Source: an uncultured Pseudomonadales bacterium
Lineage (GTDB): Bacteria > Patescibacteriota > Microgenomatia > UBA1400 > UBA1449
Length of the DNA: 64,000 bases
Direction: 5' to 3'
NCBI GenBank assembly: GCA_964386355.1
Contig: CAYLQQ010000006.1
Location: 2,088 to 66,087, forward strand
The notes beneath the pieces are model-generated. The model made no database searches and was not told the origin of the DNA. It was given only the letters and a program-made list of their open reading frames with translations. Made by a program: the position numbers and the translations under genes. Shown piece by piece: positions 8,522 through 18,936 of the stretch (position 1 is its first letter; each line of letters starts with the position of its first letter).

Positions 8522-10618
8522 ATGGTAATAAAATTTAAATTACCGAAGATCCATTTCATTTTTCCCAGACTGGTTTTTACATCATTTATCTTGTTTATTC
8601 TAAGCAGCAGCGTTTTCTTTTACCTGTATATCCTCAAAAATCTTCCTAATCCACACGAGCTGATCACTAGACCTCAAGTGCTTACTACCAAAATATATGC
8701 CCGTGACGGTTCACTTCTGTACAAGATTTACCGGAATCAAAACAGAACACTAATAACTTTAGATCAACTGCCACCTCATCTGATTAATGCCACCATCGCT
8801 GCAGAGGATAAAAATTTTTGGAAACATCCCGGTTTTTCAGCTCAGGGAATCATTAGAGCATTCAAAACTAATATTAGCGATGACGCACTATCGCAAGGAG
8901 GTTCAACTATCACTCAGCAATTGGTAAAAAATGCCCTGTTATCTTCAGAAAAAACGTTTACCCGAAAACTTAAGGAGGTAATTTTAGCAATTGAAGTAGA
9001 ACTGATGTTTAATAAAAATGAGATTCTACAAATGTATCTCAATGAAATCCCCTACGGTGGTGTAGCATATGGAGTTGAAGAAGCAGCTCAGTCTTACTTT
9101 GGTAAGTCTGCCAAAGACCTTAATATTGCAGAGGCTGCTTTGTTATCTGGACTTCCAGTTGCCCCAACTAAATACTCTCCTTTTGGAGCCAATCCCAGTT
9201 GGGCAGTATACCGCCAACGCCAAGTCCTTAAAAGCATGCTTGATGCACAATATATTAGCTTACATGAATACAATGAAGCCTTAAAAGCAAAGATTATACT
9301 TAATCCTCCTAAGTACGATATCAAATCACCTCATTTTGTCATGTATGTCAAAGATATTTTGGTTGAAACCTATGGAACCCGCACAGTCGAAGAGGGTGGT
9401 CTTGAAGTCCTTACATCCCTCGATCCCTTGATCCAGCAAAATACCGAACAAGCAGTTATCACTGAACTGGATAATCTTAAAAATATGAATGTTACAAACG
9501 GCGCTGCTGTGGTTACCAATCCTAATACTGGTGAGATTCTAGCCATGGCTGGCTCTCGTGATTATTTTGATACCCAGCGCGACGGCAATGTCAATGTCAC
9601 TCTCATGCTCAGACAACCCGGCTCATCGATAAAACCTCTCACATATGCCTTAGCCTTACAGTCTGGAATGACTCCTTTAAGTATCATCGATGACACACCT
9701 GTTTCATATCCAGACGGTAATAGACCATATGTTCCTGTCAATTATGATGGTCGTTTTCATGGACGTGTGACGCTAAAGACAGCTCTTGGTTCTAGCTACA
9801 ATATCCCTGCTGTTAAACTCCTTAATAAACTAGGGGTAGATAGTCTATATAATTTTGGTAAAACAATGGGTATAACTACCTGGAAAGAACGCAACCGATT
9901 TGGGCTATCCCTCACTTTGGGAGGAGGGGAAGTTAAAATGATTGATATGGCAGTTGCGTATGGTGTTTTTGCTAACAATGGAGTACGCATGAATCTCAAT
10001 CCCATCCTGCAGGTACGTGATAGTAACGGTAAACTTCTGCAGCAATATGATTGCCCATCCACCAATATTTTGGCTATTGAACAACCGGTAGAGGCTGCGG
10101 GCAAAACTATGGTTAATTGCAGATCAGAGCGTGTCCTCAGTCCCCTGATTACCTACCAGATCAGTGATATGCTTTCAGATAATACTGCCCGTATCCCAGC
10201 TTTTGGTCCTAACTCACTACTTAATATTCCCAACCAGCAAATTCCGGTCAAAACTGGCACAACCAATGACAGGCGTGATAATTGGACTATCGGTTATACC
10301 CCTGATCGGGTAGTGGTGGTTTGGGTAGGCAATAATGATAACAGCCCCATGAGTGCAGTTACCTCAGGTATAACAGGAGCTACCCCTATATGGAGGACTA
10401 TCACTGATAGCTTAATACGGGATAAAGAACCTATTGTCCTAAAAGCTCCTGCAGGATTGAAGGCTGTCGAGGTATGTTCAGACAATGGCTACTTACCCTG
10501 CTCATCATGCCGAAACATCAAAACCGAGTACTTCATTCCGGGTACTGAGCCCAAGCAGCGCTGTCTGGATAAACCTCAGGAAGAACAGAATAATGTTGCT
10601 AATGTAGGATGGAATTGA
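8522..10618 (+). CDS. Class A penicillin-binding protein, copy 2 (tandem paralog)
   Basis: The ORF is open from 8123, but the likely start is the ATG at 8522 (MVIKFKLPKIHFIFPRLVFTSFILFILS, the membrane anchor). The N-terminal extension in the track has no PBP homology. Motifs are EDKNFWKHPG, GGSTITQQLVK, PGSSIKP and KTGT. It has the same domain order and Cys-containing C-terminal tail as copy 1. Confidence 0.85.
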   Translation: MVIKFKLPKIHFIFPRLVFTSFILFILSSSVFFYLYILKNLPNPHELITRPQVLTTKIYARDGSLLYKIYRNQNRTLITLDQLPPHLINATIAAEDKNFWKHPGFSAQGIIRAFKTNISDDALSQGGSTITQQLVKNALLSSEKTFTRKLKEVILAIEVELMFNKNEILQMYLNEIPYGGVAYGVEEAAQSYFGKSAKDLNIAEAALLSGLPVAPTKYSPFGANPSWAVYRQRQVLKSMLDAQYISLHEYNEALKAKIILNPPKYDIKSPHFVMYVKDILVETYGTRTVEEGGLEVLTSLDPLIQQNTEQAVITELDNLKNMNVTNGAAVVTNPNTGEILAMAGSRDYFDTQRDGNVNVTLMLRQPGSSIKPLTYALALQSGMTPLSIIDDTPVSYPDGNRPYVPVNYDGRFHGRVTLKTALGSSYNIPAVKLLNKLGVDSLYNFGKTMGITTWKERNRFGLSLTLGGGEVKMIDMAVAYGVFANNGVRMNLNPILQVRDSNGKLLQQYDCPSTNILAIEQPVEAAGKTMVNCRSERVLSPLITYQISDMLSDNTARIPAFGPNSLLNIPNQQIPVKTGTTNDRRDNWTIGYTPDRVVVVWVGNNDNSPMSAVTSGITGATPIWRTITDSLIRDKEPIVLKAPAGLKAVEVCSDNGYLPCSSCRNIKTEYFIPGTEPKQRCLDKPQEEQNNVANVGWN

Positions 10619-10755
10619 TCTATTTTATGATTTATATAACCTAGTCTTCAGTGCCAATATTGTTTAATAGAGTCTTCCAAATTTCAATTTCTTCAGAACT
10701 AAAAATATTATTTGGTGATTTTTTTCCAATTATAAATAATACGTAATACGAGATA

Positions 10756-11505
10756 CTATTTGCTTTTCCCCTGGTTCTTCACCTCATCTATTGCAGCCTT
10801 CAACTCTTCATCTGAACCTAAGAAGTGGGAACTAATGGCTTTTATCTCATCATCTAACTCATAGACCAACGGAAATCCGGTAGGTATAGTAAAATCTGTG
10901 ATGACTTCTTCGGTAATTGATGCATCCATTATTTTAACCAAAGCCCGCAGACTGTTACCTGAAGCTGATACTAAAACCTTTTTGCCCGCTTTGATTGATG
11001 GAACTATTTCATTCTGCCAGTAAGGCAAAACCCTTTCGATAGTGACTTTTAGACTCTCACCTTTTGGAAGCTGTTCGGGTAAAAGATCTTGGTAACGCGG
11101 ATCATTTCCCGGATAATACTTGCTGGTTTCTTCAACAAATGGAGGTAACGTGTCAAAGCTTCGGCGCCATATATGAACCTGTTCCTCACCATACTTAGCT
11201 GCCATTTCAGTTTTATTAAGTCCTTGCAATGCTCCATAATGTCGCTCGTTAAGCTGCCAGGCTGGGTACACAGGGATATACATCAGATCCATTTCTTCCA
11301 GAACCAACCAGGATGTTTTGATCGCTCGCTTGAGGTAGTTAGTATACACACAATCAAATGTAAAACCATTTTCTTTCAGTCTTTGTCCTGACCGTCTCGC
11401 TTCACTCAACCCTCTTTCGGTTAAAGGCACATCGGTCCAACCGGTAAAACGGTTTTCCAGATTCCATTGTGACTGGCCGTGACGAAGAAGAACTAATTTG
11501 AACAC
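10756..11505 (-). CDS. gpmA: 2,3-bisphosphoglycerate-dependent phosphoglycerate mutase
   Basis: 249 aa. N-terminus [29 protein letters not shown] matches the dPGM catalytic His motif RHGxSxWN. Confidence 0.88.
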   Translation of the reverse strand: MFKLVLLRHGQSQWNLENRFTGWTDVPLTERGLSEARRSGQRLKENGFTFDCVYTNYLKRAIKTSWLVLEEMDLMYIPVYPAWQLNERHYGALQGLNKTEMAAKYGEEQVHIWRRSFDTLPPFVEETSKYYPGNDPRYQDLLPEQLPKGESLKVTIERVLPYWQNEIVPSIKAGKKVLVSASGNSLRALVKIMDASITEEVITDFTIPTGFPLVYELDDEIKAISSHFLGSDEELKAAIDEVKNQGKSK

Positions 11506-11615
11506 ATAAATTCAAATGACAAATGACAATTCAAATTTAAAATCTATAAGATGAATTTTATATTTTGTAATTGATTTGATATTTGTTATTTGATGTTTGA
11601 TATTATTTAAAATTT

Positions 11616-12611
11616 TTATAATAACTGTTCTACTAGCCTTGCAGTATATCCCCACTCGTTATCATACCAGGCGTAGACCTTAACCAGATCTCCACCGATA
11701 ACTTGAGTAAGGGATAAATCAACCAAAGATGATGCCTCACAGCCAATCACATCTGACGAAACAATCGGTTTTTTAGTTACCCATAAGTATTTGCCAAATT
11801 GCTCATCACTGGCAGCTTCCTCCAATGCCTGATTAACTTCTTCGACTGTCGTAGCCCGGGAAGTAATAAAGGTAAAATCAGTCAGTGATGCTGTGAGCAC
11901 CGGCACTCGGACTGCAATCCCATCAAACAAACCCTTGAGTTGAGGGATAACTTCGGTAGTTGCTTTGGCTGCTCCAGTTGAGGTTGGTACGATATTGTAA
12001 GCTGCCGCCCGAGCTCTCCTGAGATCTCTGTGTGAACCATCATGCAAATTCTGATCAGAAGTGTAGGCATGGATAGTGGTCATAGCTGCTTTAGTGATAC
12101 CAAACTTATCCAATATTACCTTAGTCACCGGACTAACACAGTTGGTAGTGCACGAAGCATTTGATAGGAGCTGTTTACCTTCCCGCTCACTATCATTAAT
12201 ACCCATAACTACTGTGGTTACACCAGGACCTTTGGCAGGTGCGGATAGTACAACTTGCTTGACTGTTCCGCGCAGGTGTTTGCTCATCTCTTCAGCTTTT
12301 TCAAAAGCTCCGGTTGACTCAATAACTGCTTCAACTCCGTACTGTTCCCAGGGGATATTTTCAGGCTCGCGAATCCCGGTGACTTTGATCCGTTTGCCAT
12401 CCACAACCATATCCTCACCTTCAGACCCGACCGCTCCAGCAAAGCGGTGATAGGCAGTATCAAACTCAAACAGGTGTGCCCAACCGGCTGCATCCATTTT
12501 GCCTGATGTATTGATGATTGGAACTTCAAGCTGATCAGGGTACTTCTCCAATATCATTCTCAGGGCTAATCTTCCGATACGGCCAAAGCCGTTAATACCG
12601 ATTTTTTTCAT
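11616..12611 (-). CDS. gap: Glyceraldehyde-3-phosphate dehydrogenase
   Basis: 331 aa. NAD-binding N-terminus KIGINGFGRIGRLALR and active site SCTTNC. Confidence 0.9.
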   Translation of the reverse strand: MKKIGINGFGRIGRLALRMILEKYPDQLEVPIINTSGKMDAAGWAHLFEFDTAYHRFAGAVGSEGEDMVVDGKRIKVTGIREPENIPWEQYGVEAVIESTGAFEKAEEMSKHLRGTVKQVVLSAPAKGPGVTTVVMGINDSEREGKQLLSNASCTTNCVSPVTKVILDKFGITKAAMTTIHAYTSDQNLHDGSHRDLRRARAAAYNIVPTSTGAAKATTEVIPQLKGLFDGIAVRVPVLTASLTDFTFITSRATTVEEVNQALEEAASDEQFGKYLWVTKKPIVSSDVIGCEASSLVDLSLTQVIGGDLVKVYAWYDNEWGYTARLVEQLL

Positions 12612-12777
12612 AATAGTAATGTCATCCTGGGGTAAACGAAGAAAACGATAAACCTATATAATAACTCTTCGTTACGTACCATTATGACAGGGTAGAAATA
12701 ACAACAATACAAAAATACCAGTTTTTTACTAGTGAATTAATAGTAGCAGAGTTATCGATAAATCAGAAGAATTGAAT

Positions 12778-13101
12778 TTATTTCTTAATCCAAACCAGCC
12801 ATTTGTCCCTAATTGCACTATCTAAATCAACATTGCTGTGTTTTGCCAATAAGAGAGTTTGGCAAAGTACATCAGCAAGCTCCGATGCAAACATTTTTGA
12901 CACTTCATCTTCAGTCATCCCTTTTTGCCTTGCACGCTTACTATACATAAGATAACTTTGGGTTAACTCACCAATTTCTTCCTGAATTTTGAACATAAAC
13001 CAGTCCATTGTTCTGTCTATTTTGAATTTACTGGTATAAAGGGAAGAAACTTGTTCTATCTGGTCTGTCAATTTTTGGATATCCATACCGTTAATCTTCA
13101 A
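12778..13101 (-). CDS. MazG-like nucleotide pyrophosphohydrolase (small all-alpha NTP-PPase)
   Basis: 107 aa with the EExGEL...E..DVL pattern (IQEEIGELTQSYL ... ASELADVLCQTLLLA) typical of the MazG/HisE-like fold. The assignment is by motif only. Confidence 0.45.
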   Translation of the reverse strand: MKINGMDIQKLTDQIEQVSSLYTSKFKIDRTMDWFMFKIQEEIGELTQSYLMYSKRARQKGMTEDEVSKMFASELADVLCQTLLLAKHSNVDLDSAIRDKWLVWIKK

Positions 13102-13543
13102 TTTTGTGCAATCTTTTTACGTATTTATCATCCTGACTATAGTCTGTATTTAAAAATGATTTTACCAGTTGGAAGCACTTAAACTTGCTCGTGTGATCGG
13201 AAGCAATGGCTAAAACATTGACATGGTCATGAATGGTAAAAGATTCAACCTGACTGTGATCAAAGCCGATGGCACTTCTAATTCCCCTTATCTTATTAGA
13301 GGCAATACTGACGCCTGCACCAGATCCACACAAAATTACCCCTCTATTCTCAGGTGATTCCAATACTTTTTCACATAAAATTTTTGCATAATCAGGATAA
13401 TCATCATCGGATTTATATTCGTATGCACCAAGATCTTTAAATTCGATCTTATTAGAAATCAACCAGGCTTTGAGCTGGTTTTTTAGTTTCATCCCTCGGT
13501 GATCAGCAGCTAAGTAAAGCAAAGAGTAAGAAGTAAGAAACAA
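13091..13543 (-). CDS. rpiB: Ribose-5-phosphate isomerase B (RpiB/LacAB family)
   Basis: Motifs are LAADHRG (aligning to the canonical IGSDHAG) and GVILCGSGAGVSIASNKIRGIRSA. The track start at 13543 is a TTG. A TTG at ~13522 (MLYLAADHRG) fits the family N-terminus better, so the start is uncertain. Confidence 0.75.
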   Translation of the reverse strand: MFLTSYSLLYLAADHRGMKLKNQLKAWLISNKIEFKDLGAYEYKSDDDYPDYAKILCEKVLESPENRGVILCGSGAGVSIASNKIRGIRSAIGFDHSQVESFTIHDHVNVLAIASDHTSKFKCFQLVKSFLNTDYSQDDKYVKRLHKIED

Positions 13544-13602
13544 AAAGTAAGAACAAAGTAATTTCTACTTCATTCTTAAATTATTTTCTTAATTCTATTA
13601 AA

Positions 13603-14256
13603 CTATTGTGTATGAATAACCGGCACATTCTCCATGGTACTCAAATGCAATTTTTCAGTATCTACTTTTAACAACTCACTTTTTTGCTCTCCAACATACA
13701 GTTCCTGATTAAACTCTTCTACTGCCCGAACCACATCTTCAGGTGAAGAGGCAAACTTAAATACATAGTACTCCTGCTCCCGAAGCAACATGTTGTCAGC
13801 AATTGCTTTGATGATTTTGTGCCAGAAATCACCGTAGAGAATAAATGGTCGGTGGTTGCCAAAATACAAACGCGCCAAACACCATGCTGTTCCCAACTCT
13901 GATAATGTCCCAGTACCGCCATTTGTTATGACGTAACAGTCTGCATTCTCCATAAGCGTAAACATACGAGCGATGTAGTTATCCGTAATAATCAGCTTAT
14001 CAGTTTCATTTTTAATGTATTTTCCCTCAAAACCGGGAGCATCTTTGGGATTAAACGTGACTGCAAGGGTCTGACCTCCACCCGCTTCGGCTCCTTGAGT
14101 TGCTGCAAGCATTACCCCAGGACCTCCACCATTTACAATTGTGTGCCCTTTTTGGGCAAGAAGCTTAGAAAACTCAAATACATCTTTATACAGTTGGGTT
14201 TCCGCGCTCACTTCAGCTCCCCCAAAAACAGCAATATTATTGATCATAGAATTCAA
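13603..14256 (-). CDS. LOG-family protein (TIGR00730 Rossmann-fold nucleotide phosphoribohydrolase)
   Basis: 217 aa. Motifs are IAVFGGAEVSAE, NGGGPGVMLAATQGA and ITNGGTGTLSELGTAW (GGxGTxxE). Confidence 0.72.
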   Translation of the reverse strand: MNSMINNIAVFGGAEVSAETQLYKDVFEFSKLLAQKGHTIVNGGGPGVMLAATQGAEAGGGQTLAVTFNPKDAPGFEGKYIKNETDKLIITDNYIARMFTLMENADCYVITNGGTGTLSELGTAWCLARLYFGNHRPFILYGDFWHKIIKAIADNMLLREQEYYVFKFASSPEDVVRAVEEFNQELYVGEQKSELLKVDTEKLHLSTMENVPVIHTQ

Positions 14257-14298
14257 TAAAAATTATTAATCAGCCTCAAACTATAAGCTCTAGTGTAA

Positions 14299-14331
14299 CA
14301 AAAAAAGAGGACTGGTAAAGCCCAGTCCTCT
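14299..14331 (-). terminator. Rho-independent terminator for the 14386..14934 gene
   Basis: On the minus strand the stem is agaggactgg / ccagtcctct with a 6-nt loop, followed by UUUUUUU (plus-strand aaaaaaa at ~14301..14307). Confidence 0.6.
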
Positions 14332-14385
14332 TAAATAACAGTTGCAATAGTAATTATTGCTCTCTTAGCAAAACTTCACCAATTT

Positions 14386-14934
14386 TTATTGTTTTAACAA
14401 AATTTCTCCCGGCTCTTTCTGACCTTCAGCTTGTTTACTGATCACTACCTTAGTTCCCGACTTGTCTTCTTTTGCCTGATAGTACAGTTGTCCTGATGTC
14501 AGAGTAGTCATTTCCACACGCCCAATCGAACCAAGGCTTCCATCCTGCTTCTGCAGCCATGCTTCATAATAAAAACCTTTTTGTAAAGCAGGTAAGTTAC
14601 TGAGTGTGATTTTTTGGTAGTAGGTACCTTCACTGACAACCGCTTTTGAACTACCGCTCCCAGTGCCACCCTGACCTGCTTCCGGTTTTAGTTCGACCGA
14701 TTCGACATCTTTAGTTTTTTCATCTACCAGGTTTTTGGCAGCTTCCATATCAGCCTCAGAAAGCTCCTGAACCGTATCGCCAATCTTCTTGATAACAGTT
14801 CCGTCTTCCTGGGTAATAATCTCTTCTACTGGCGGGACTTGCTCCCCAGTCCCTGGCTGGTTCTGGTTACGATTCCACAGGTAAGCGCCAATAAGTACGA
14901 CAGCAATCGCTGAAATAATCATCCATTGTTTCAT
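14386..14934 (-). CDS. Hypothetical extracytoplasmic protein with an N-terminal anchor
   Basis: 182 aa. N-terminal helix MKQWMIISAIAVVLIGAYLW. Gly/Thr-rich segment GQGGTGSGSS. No catalytic motif. Confidence 0.45.
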   Translation of the reverse strand: MKQWMIISAIAVVLIGAYLWNRNQNQPGTGEQVPPVEEIITQEDGTVIKKIGDTVQELSEADMEAAKNLVDEKTKDVESVELKPEAGQGGTGSGSSKAVVSEGTYYQKITLSNLPALQKGFYYEAWLQKQDGSLGSIGRVEMTTLTSGQLYYQAKEDKSGTKVVISKQAEGQKEPGEILLKQ

Positions 14935-15143
14935 AGTATGTCCCCTCCAGAGACGAAATTACATAAATAAATATTATGGGCATAACTAAAGCTTACCCAT
15001 AATATATCTGTAAGTGACCAAGACGTCAATAGTGGGGAAATCGTTTTTCGTTCTCTCTAGTAATTGCTATAATATTCTTATAGCTTCCTTAACTCTAATG
15101 AAATATTGAATTGTAAAAGGATTACACGTTACTTGTGTAATTA

Positions 15144-15542
15144 ATGTCGTATATGAAAAAAATTATAACCTTTTTTTTAGGTTCCTTATTCTTAGCAGCT
15201 TGTGCGGTTGACTCACCAATCTCTGTAACTCAGTCTACCTTTAAACTCATTCAGGATAAAAATTATGAGGCTGCATGCCAAACGATGGTTAATACCAGTT
15301 CTCAAGCGTTGGATGAGAATCAACTGAAATCATGCACTGAGTATTTTGCTAAAGATTATGCTAACATGGTCAGTTTTGCTGTAGAAAATGCTCTCCCTTT
15401 ACCTGAAGAAAGATTGAAAAAGTTCGGTGTCGAGCAGGGGTTTGAAGTCTACTATACAGTCAATCTCGACCCGCAAGTACGAAATGAAAAAGTTTCTGTG
15501 ATAAAAGTGAATGGAAAACATGCGGTAGTGTGGGAGAGGTAG
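15144..15542 (+). CDS. Hypothetical lipoprotein
   Basis: 132 aa. Signal peptide with lipobox FLAAC|AVD. Confidence 0.5.
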   Translation: MSYMKKIITFFLGSLFLAACAVDSPISVTQSTFKLIQDKNYEAACQTMVNTSSQALDENQLKSCTEYFAKDYANMVSFAVENALPLPEERLKKFGVEQGFEVYYTVNLDPQVRNEKVSVIKVNGKHAVVWER

Positions 15543-15605
15543 TTTGGTGGTGCGTATTATCAGATAAATAAGATTAATAATCTCATGCAATTAAACAACT
15601 AATAA

Positions 15606-17144
15606 TTATGTGATTATTCTATGTAATTGAGCTGAATTTGAGAGGGGATTTCCTTCAATAACAGTATGTTTGATATCAATTAATAAATCCTTCATAAGAT
15701 TAGCCATAGTATTGTATGCCGGAGACGCCACAGAATGAGGAATTTCTCCAACAATCATATAGCTTCTCTCTCCTGAAAATAATGATTTTCTTTTCGACCA
15801 ACTCATTCTGTCCAATGCTCTATTTGCAGGAAATACGGGATCTCTTTCAGTAAATACATTGAATACTGGGATGTTAAGACCTCCCAACTGTTTTCTAAAG
15901 TGATCAGGCATAGCGTGCATGATGTCACCACCAGATATAAGTACTACCATCAAACGTTTACTAAAATTTATCATAGAGCCGTCTCTGGTTTCTTCTCCTT
16001 TCATCATAGCTTTAATTGTTGGTATCAAGAGTTTTTTACGTCGTTTATATGCCCTGTTTACTTCCTGAGTCTTTTCCGGTGATGCACTTAATGGGTAGGC
16101 TTTTACTATAGTACGATCTATATTGAGTAACTCAGATATCATAGCTTTACTAATTTCTGACTCTGGTATTTGTTCAATTCGCTCAATAAGTTCAGTTTTT
16201 CTAGATTCTAATTTCCTTAATTTTGCTTCCAAATCCTCTTTTTGTATTCTTTTATCTAATCTTTGATCAGGGTGTTCCATTGCATATTTAGTGCGTTCAA
16301 TTTCTTCTTCAACCAACGCAAGGAAAATAGTTGGACAATATGAAGATCCATTCATACTTTCAAGAACTTTCTCTTTATAAAGTTTAAGAACTACGTCATT
16401 TTTTTCATTTGCATTATCAATGTCTCTGAGTATCCTTAGATAGTCTTCTAATGAGGGAAACGTTTGAGAAATAACCCCTTCATTTGATATCATACGCAGA
16501 GTGGCTCTGCCAAATTCTTTTAAATCTTGATCAAATATTGCCCCAGCTTGCATGAATATTACTCCCTGTATTTGACAATTTCCACCTTCAGCCAAAAGCT
16601 TGTTCAATATGGGAATTATATACGGCGCTTCCATTGCCGATGCAGAACGAAAGCATAACGTTATATCATTTCGCGTATTAGGTAGTTGTTGTAAGGCTTG
16701 ATATAAATCTGCAGCTTGTGCGATTGCCCTATCAAGATGAGATCCAGTTACCATCCCTCTAGCATGAGGGTTAAATGAAGAGTCTATCATGATTGAATTA
16801 ACATTTTCTCCTTCAAATTCTGGATCAGCATTGGCTGCATCAGTAGTTTTTCTCGCAATTTCAATCTGAGATCTGACAGAACCACCAGCTCCTGCAAATG
16901 TAATCAATGTTCTTTGACTGGATGAATTTCTTTTTCTTCCTTCAATTAAAGCAATTTCATATTCAGGGGGATCTTCTAATAGTTTTTGTCCAATGGGACC
17001 ATCAGGAAATAACTCTCTACCAAAGCTGTATGTTAATTTAAGTGTATTTCTGTGGGCTTCTTTAGGAATAATTTCGGGGGGAATGTATCCATTTTCGTTC
17101 ATATTTAGAAAAGATTTTACTACAATTTCATAATTAACATACAA
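15606..17144 (-). CDS. Hypothetical 512-aa protein, last gene of the Fic-ligase operon
   Basis: Long intact ORF 32 nt downstream of the ligase. Predicted coiled-coil in the middle (EDLEAKLRKLESRKTELIERIEQIPESE). I see no Walker, HExxH or other diagnostic motif, and no TM or signal peptide. Confidence 0.55.
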   Translation of the reverse strand: MYVNYEIVVKSFLNMNENGYIPPEIIPKEAHRNTLKLTYSFGRELFPDGPIGQKLLEDPPEYEIALIEGRKRNSSSQRTLITFAGAGGSVRSQIEIARKTTDAANADPEFEGENVNSIMIDSSFNPHARGMVTGSHLDRAIAQAADLYQALQQLPNTRNDITLCFRSASAMEAPYIIPILNKLLAEGGNCQIQGVIFMQAGAIFDQDLKEFGRATLRMISNEGVISQTFPSLEDYLRILRDIDNANEKNDVVLKLYKEKVLESMNGSSYCPTIFLALVEEEIERTKYAMEHPDQRLDKRIQKEDLEAKLRKLESRKTELIERIEQIPESEISKAMISELLNIDRTIVKAYPLSASPEKTQEVNRAYKRRKKLLIPTIKAMMKGEETRDGSMINFSKRLMVVLISGGDIMHAMPDHFRKQLGGLNIPVFNVFTERDPVFPANRALDRMSWSKRKSLFSGERSYMIVGEIPHSVASPAYNTMANLMKDLLIDIKHTVIEGNPLSNSAQLHRIIT

Positions 17145-17175
17145 AGTGTGACTAATCGAGAGCTACATTAGAATA

Positions 17176-18936
17176 CTAAAACATTTTGGCAATTGTTTGG
17201 AGTTCCACTAGACTGGTTGCATCTTCCACCCCCTTATCGTCTCTGAACTTAATAAATCTTGGGAAGCGTAAAGAATATCCTGTCTGATACAAAGGAGATC
17301 TAGAGACTGAGTCTGCCCGTATCTCTATAACTAACCCTGGCTCAACCCATACATCAGGCACAAGCGTCTTATCAACAGAGTATTCATCAGGTCTTTTTTC
17401 TATTTTAAGATTGTCACACCTCTCCCGCATCTCTACTATCGATGTTTCGGAAAATCCTGAACCCAATTTTGAGAGAGAAATGATCTTCTCACTATCCCTG
17501 ATACCTACCAACACTTTACCCAGTCCAAATTGAGCCCACTTTCCCTGCCCCTTGAAATATCCCATGACAACAGCATCTACTGTGTCTGCCATATCCGCTT
17601 GCATACCGACTTTATATTTCACCCAGGTAAAGTCACGAGCTCCGGCACGGTAAGGTGCATCCAGTTTTTTTGCCATGAGGCCTTCCAGATTTTGTTCTGC
17701 CATTTCTTTGAAGTAGGTATTGAGGTCTTCAACTTTCTCAACTATGGTTTGGTCAGCAAGCTTTAATGCTTGTGATTGTAAATTATGAGTAAATAGGGCA
17801 ACTAGTTTTTCTCTCCGCTCATGTAAAGGAAAAGTAAGAAGTGACACTCCATCAAGATATATGACGTCAAATACATACGCCCACAAAGGCAGCTGCCTGG
17901 CAGTTTCCGCGATACCATACTTGCGCTTACGCTTGACCGTTTCCTGAAAGGGTAACACTTCAAAGCTATCAGGATCTACAGCAACTGCTTCCCCATCCAA
18001 AATCACACTTTCACAAGAGAGATTTCTGGCTGCTTCTACCAGATCAGGGAACATGGCGGTCGTATCATCAAGATTGCGGGAGAATATCTTAACAAAACAT
18101 GTTTTTTCTTGACTGAAAAGTGATCCTTCACTCTCATTCTGACTATCACGTGATCTATCTAGATGTATTTGAACTCTAAACCCATCAAACTTCGGCTCAA
18201 CAGCGCACCTTCGACCCGACATTTTCTCCAAAATATCCTCTGGATCTGTCAAGGGTGTTGCCCGTGCAGGCCTGATTGGAGTACCGGGAACAGGTATGAT
18301 TTTGCTAATTGCCTCTAGACCATCCTTTTTAAAAATCTGTGCAACCTGCCCGATATCTGCCCGTACATTGTAGGCAAACTCGAGCTCGTTTCTCAGAGAC
18401 TTATCTCCTTTTTCCATCCAGCTAAGAGCGTCAAGAATTGTCATATCTGAAAATCCTAAACGCAACTTGCCTACTGCCATCCTCATAACATACTTCCCAC
18501 TCAAGCTATCAAGTGAACCAAGCAACGTACTCATAACCATGAGTTTGCGCTCCTGTGAACCAAATCCTGAGTCTTTGGCAATTAAAACAAGTTGGCTATA
18601 TACTTCGTTTACTGAAAGTTGTTCTGAAAGGTTCTTTTGTTCTTTTAACTTTTGGTATGCCAAACCCAGGTCTCCTGTTTCCTTAAATACTTCAACTACA
18701 GTTTCTGTAGATATTCCTAAAGATTGAGCAGATGCCCTGATCATCATTTTCTCAGCCAACATGAGATCAAGACCTATAAATTTTGGTGCCAGCATACCAA
18801 GTGAGAGGTAACAGATTTTATCGATCTCAACCGCTTCTGCCTCTGTAAACAATTGTGCTAATTGCTCTGTCATCGCCAAACGCGCCGAGGTAGACTCAAT
18901 CTGTTGAAAGTAGGTAGAGAGTGTTGAAAAAAGCAT
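17176..18936 (-). CDS. lig: ATP-dependent DNA ligase (Lig1/archaeal-type, with N-terminal DNA-binding domain)
   Basis: 586 aa. Adenylation motif I is KxDGxR (EPKFDGFRVQIH). Downstream motifs are EGLMAKKLDAPY and an OB domain. The N-terminal ~200 aa resemble the Lig1 DNA-binding domain. Confidence 0.85.
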   Translation of the reverse strand: MLFSTLSTYFQQIESTSARLAMTEQLAQLFTEAEAVEIDKICYLSLGMLAPKFIGLDLMLAEKMMIRASAQSLGISTETVVEVFKETGDLGLAYQKLKEQKNLSEQLSVNEVYSQLVLIAKDSGFGSQERKLMVMSTLLGSLDSLSGKYVMRMAVGKLRLGFSDMTILDALSWMEKGDKSLRNELEFAYNVRADIGQVAQIFKKDGLEAISKIIPVPGTPIRPARATPLTDPEDILEKMSGRRCAVEPKFDGFRVQIHLDRSRDSQNESEGSLFSQEKTCFVKIFSRNLDDTTAMFPDLVEAARNLSCESVILDGEAVAVDPDSFEVLPFQETVKRKRKYGIAETARQLPLWAYVFDVIYLDGVSLLTFPLHERREKLVALFTHNLQSQALKLADQTIVEKVEDLNTYFKEMAEQNLEGLMAKKLDAPYRAGARDFTWVKYKVGMQADMADTVDAVVMGYFKGQGKWAQFGLGKVLVGIRDSEKIISLSKLGSGFSETSIVEMRERCDNLKIEKRPDEYSVDKTLVPDVWVEPGLVIEIRADSVSRSPLYQTGYSLRFPRFIKFRDDKGVEDATSLVELQTIAKMF

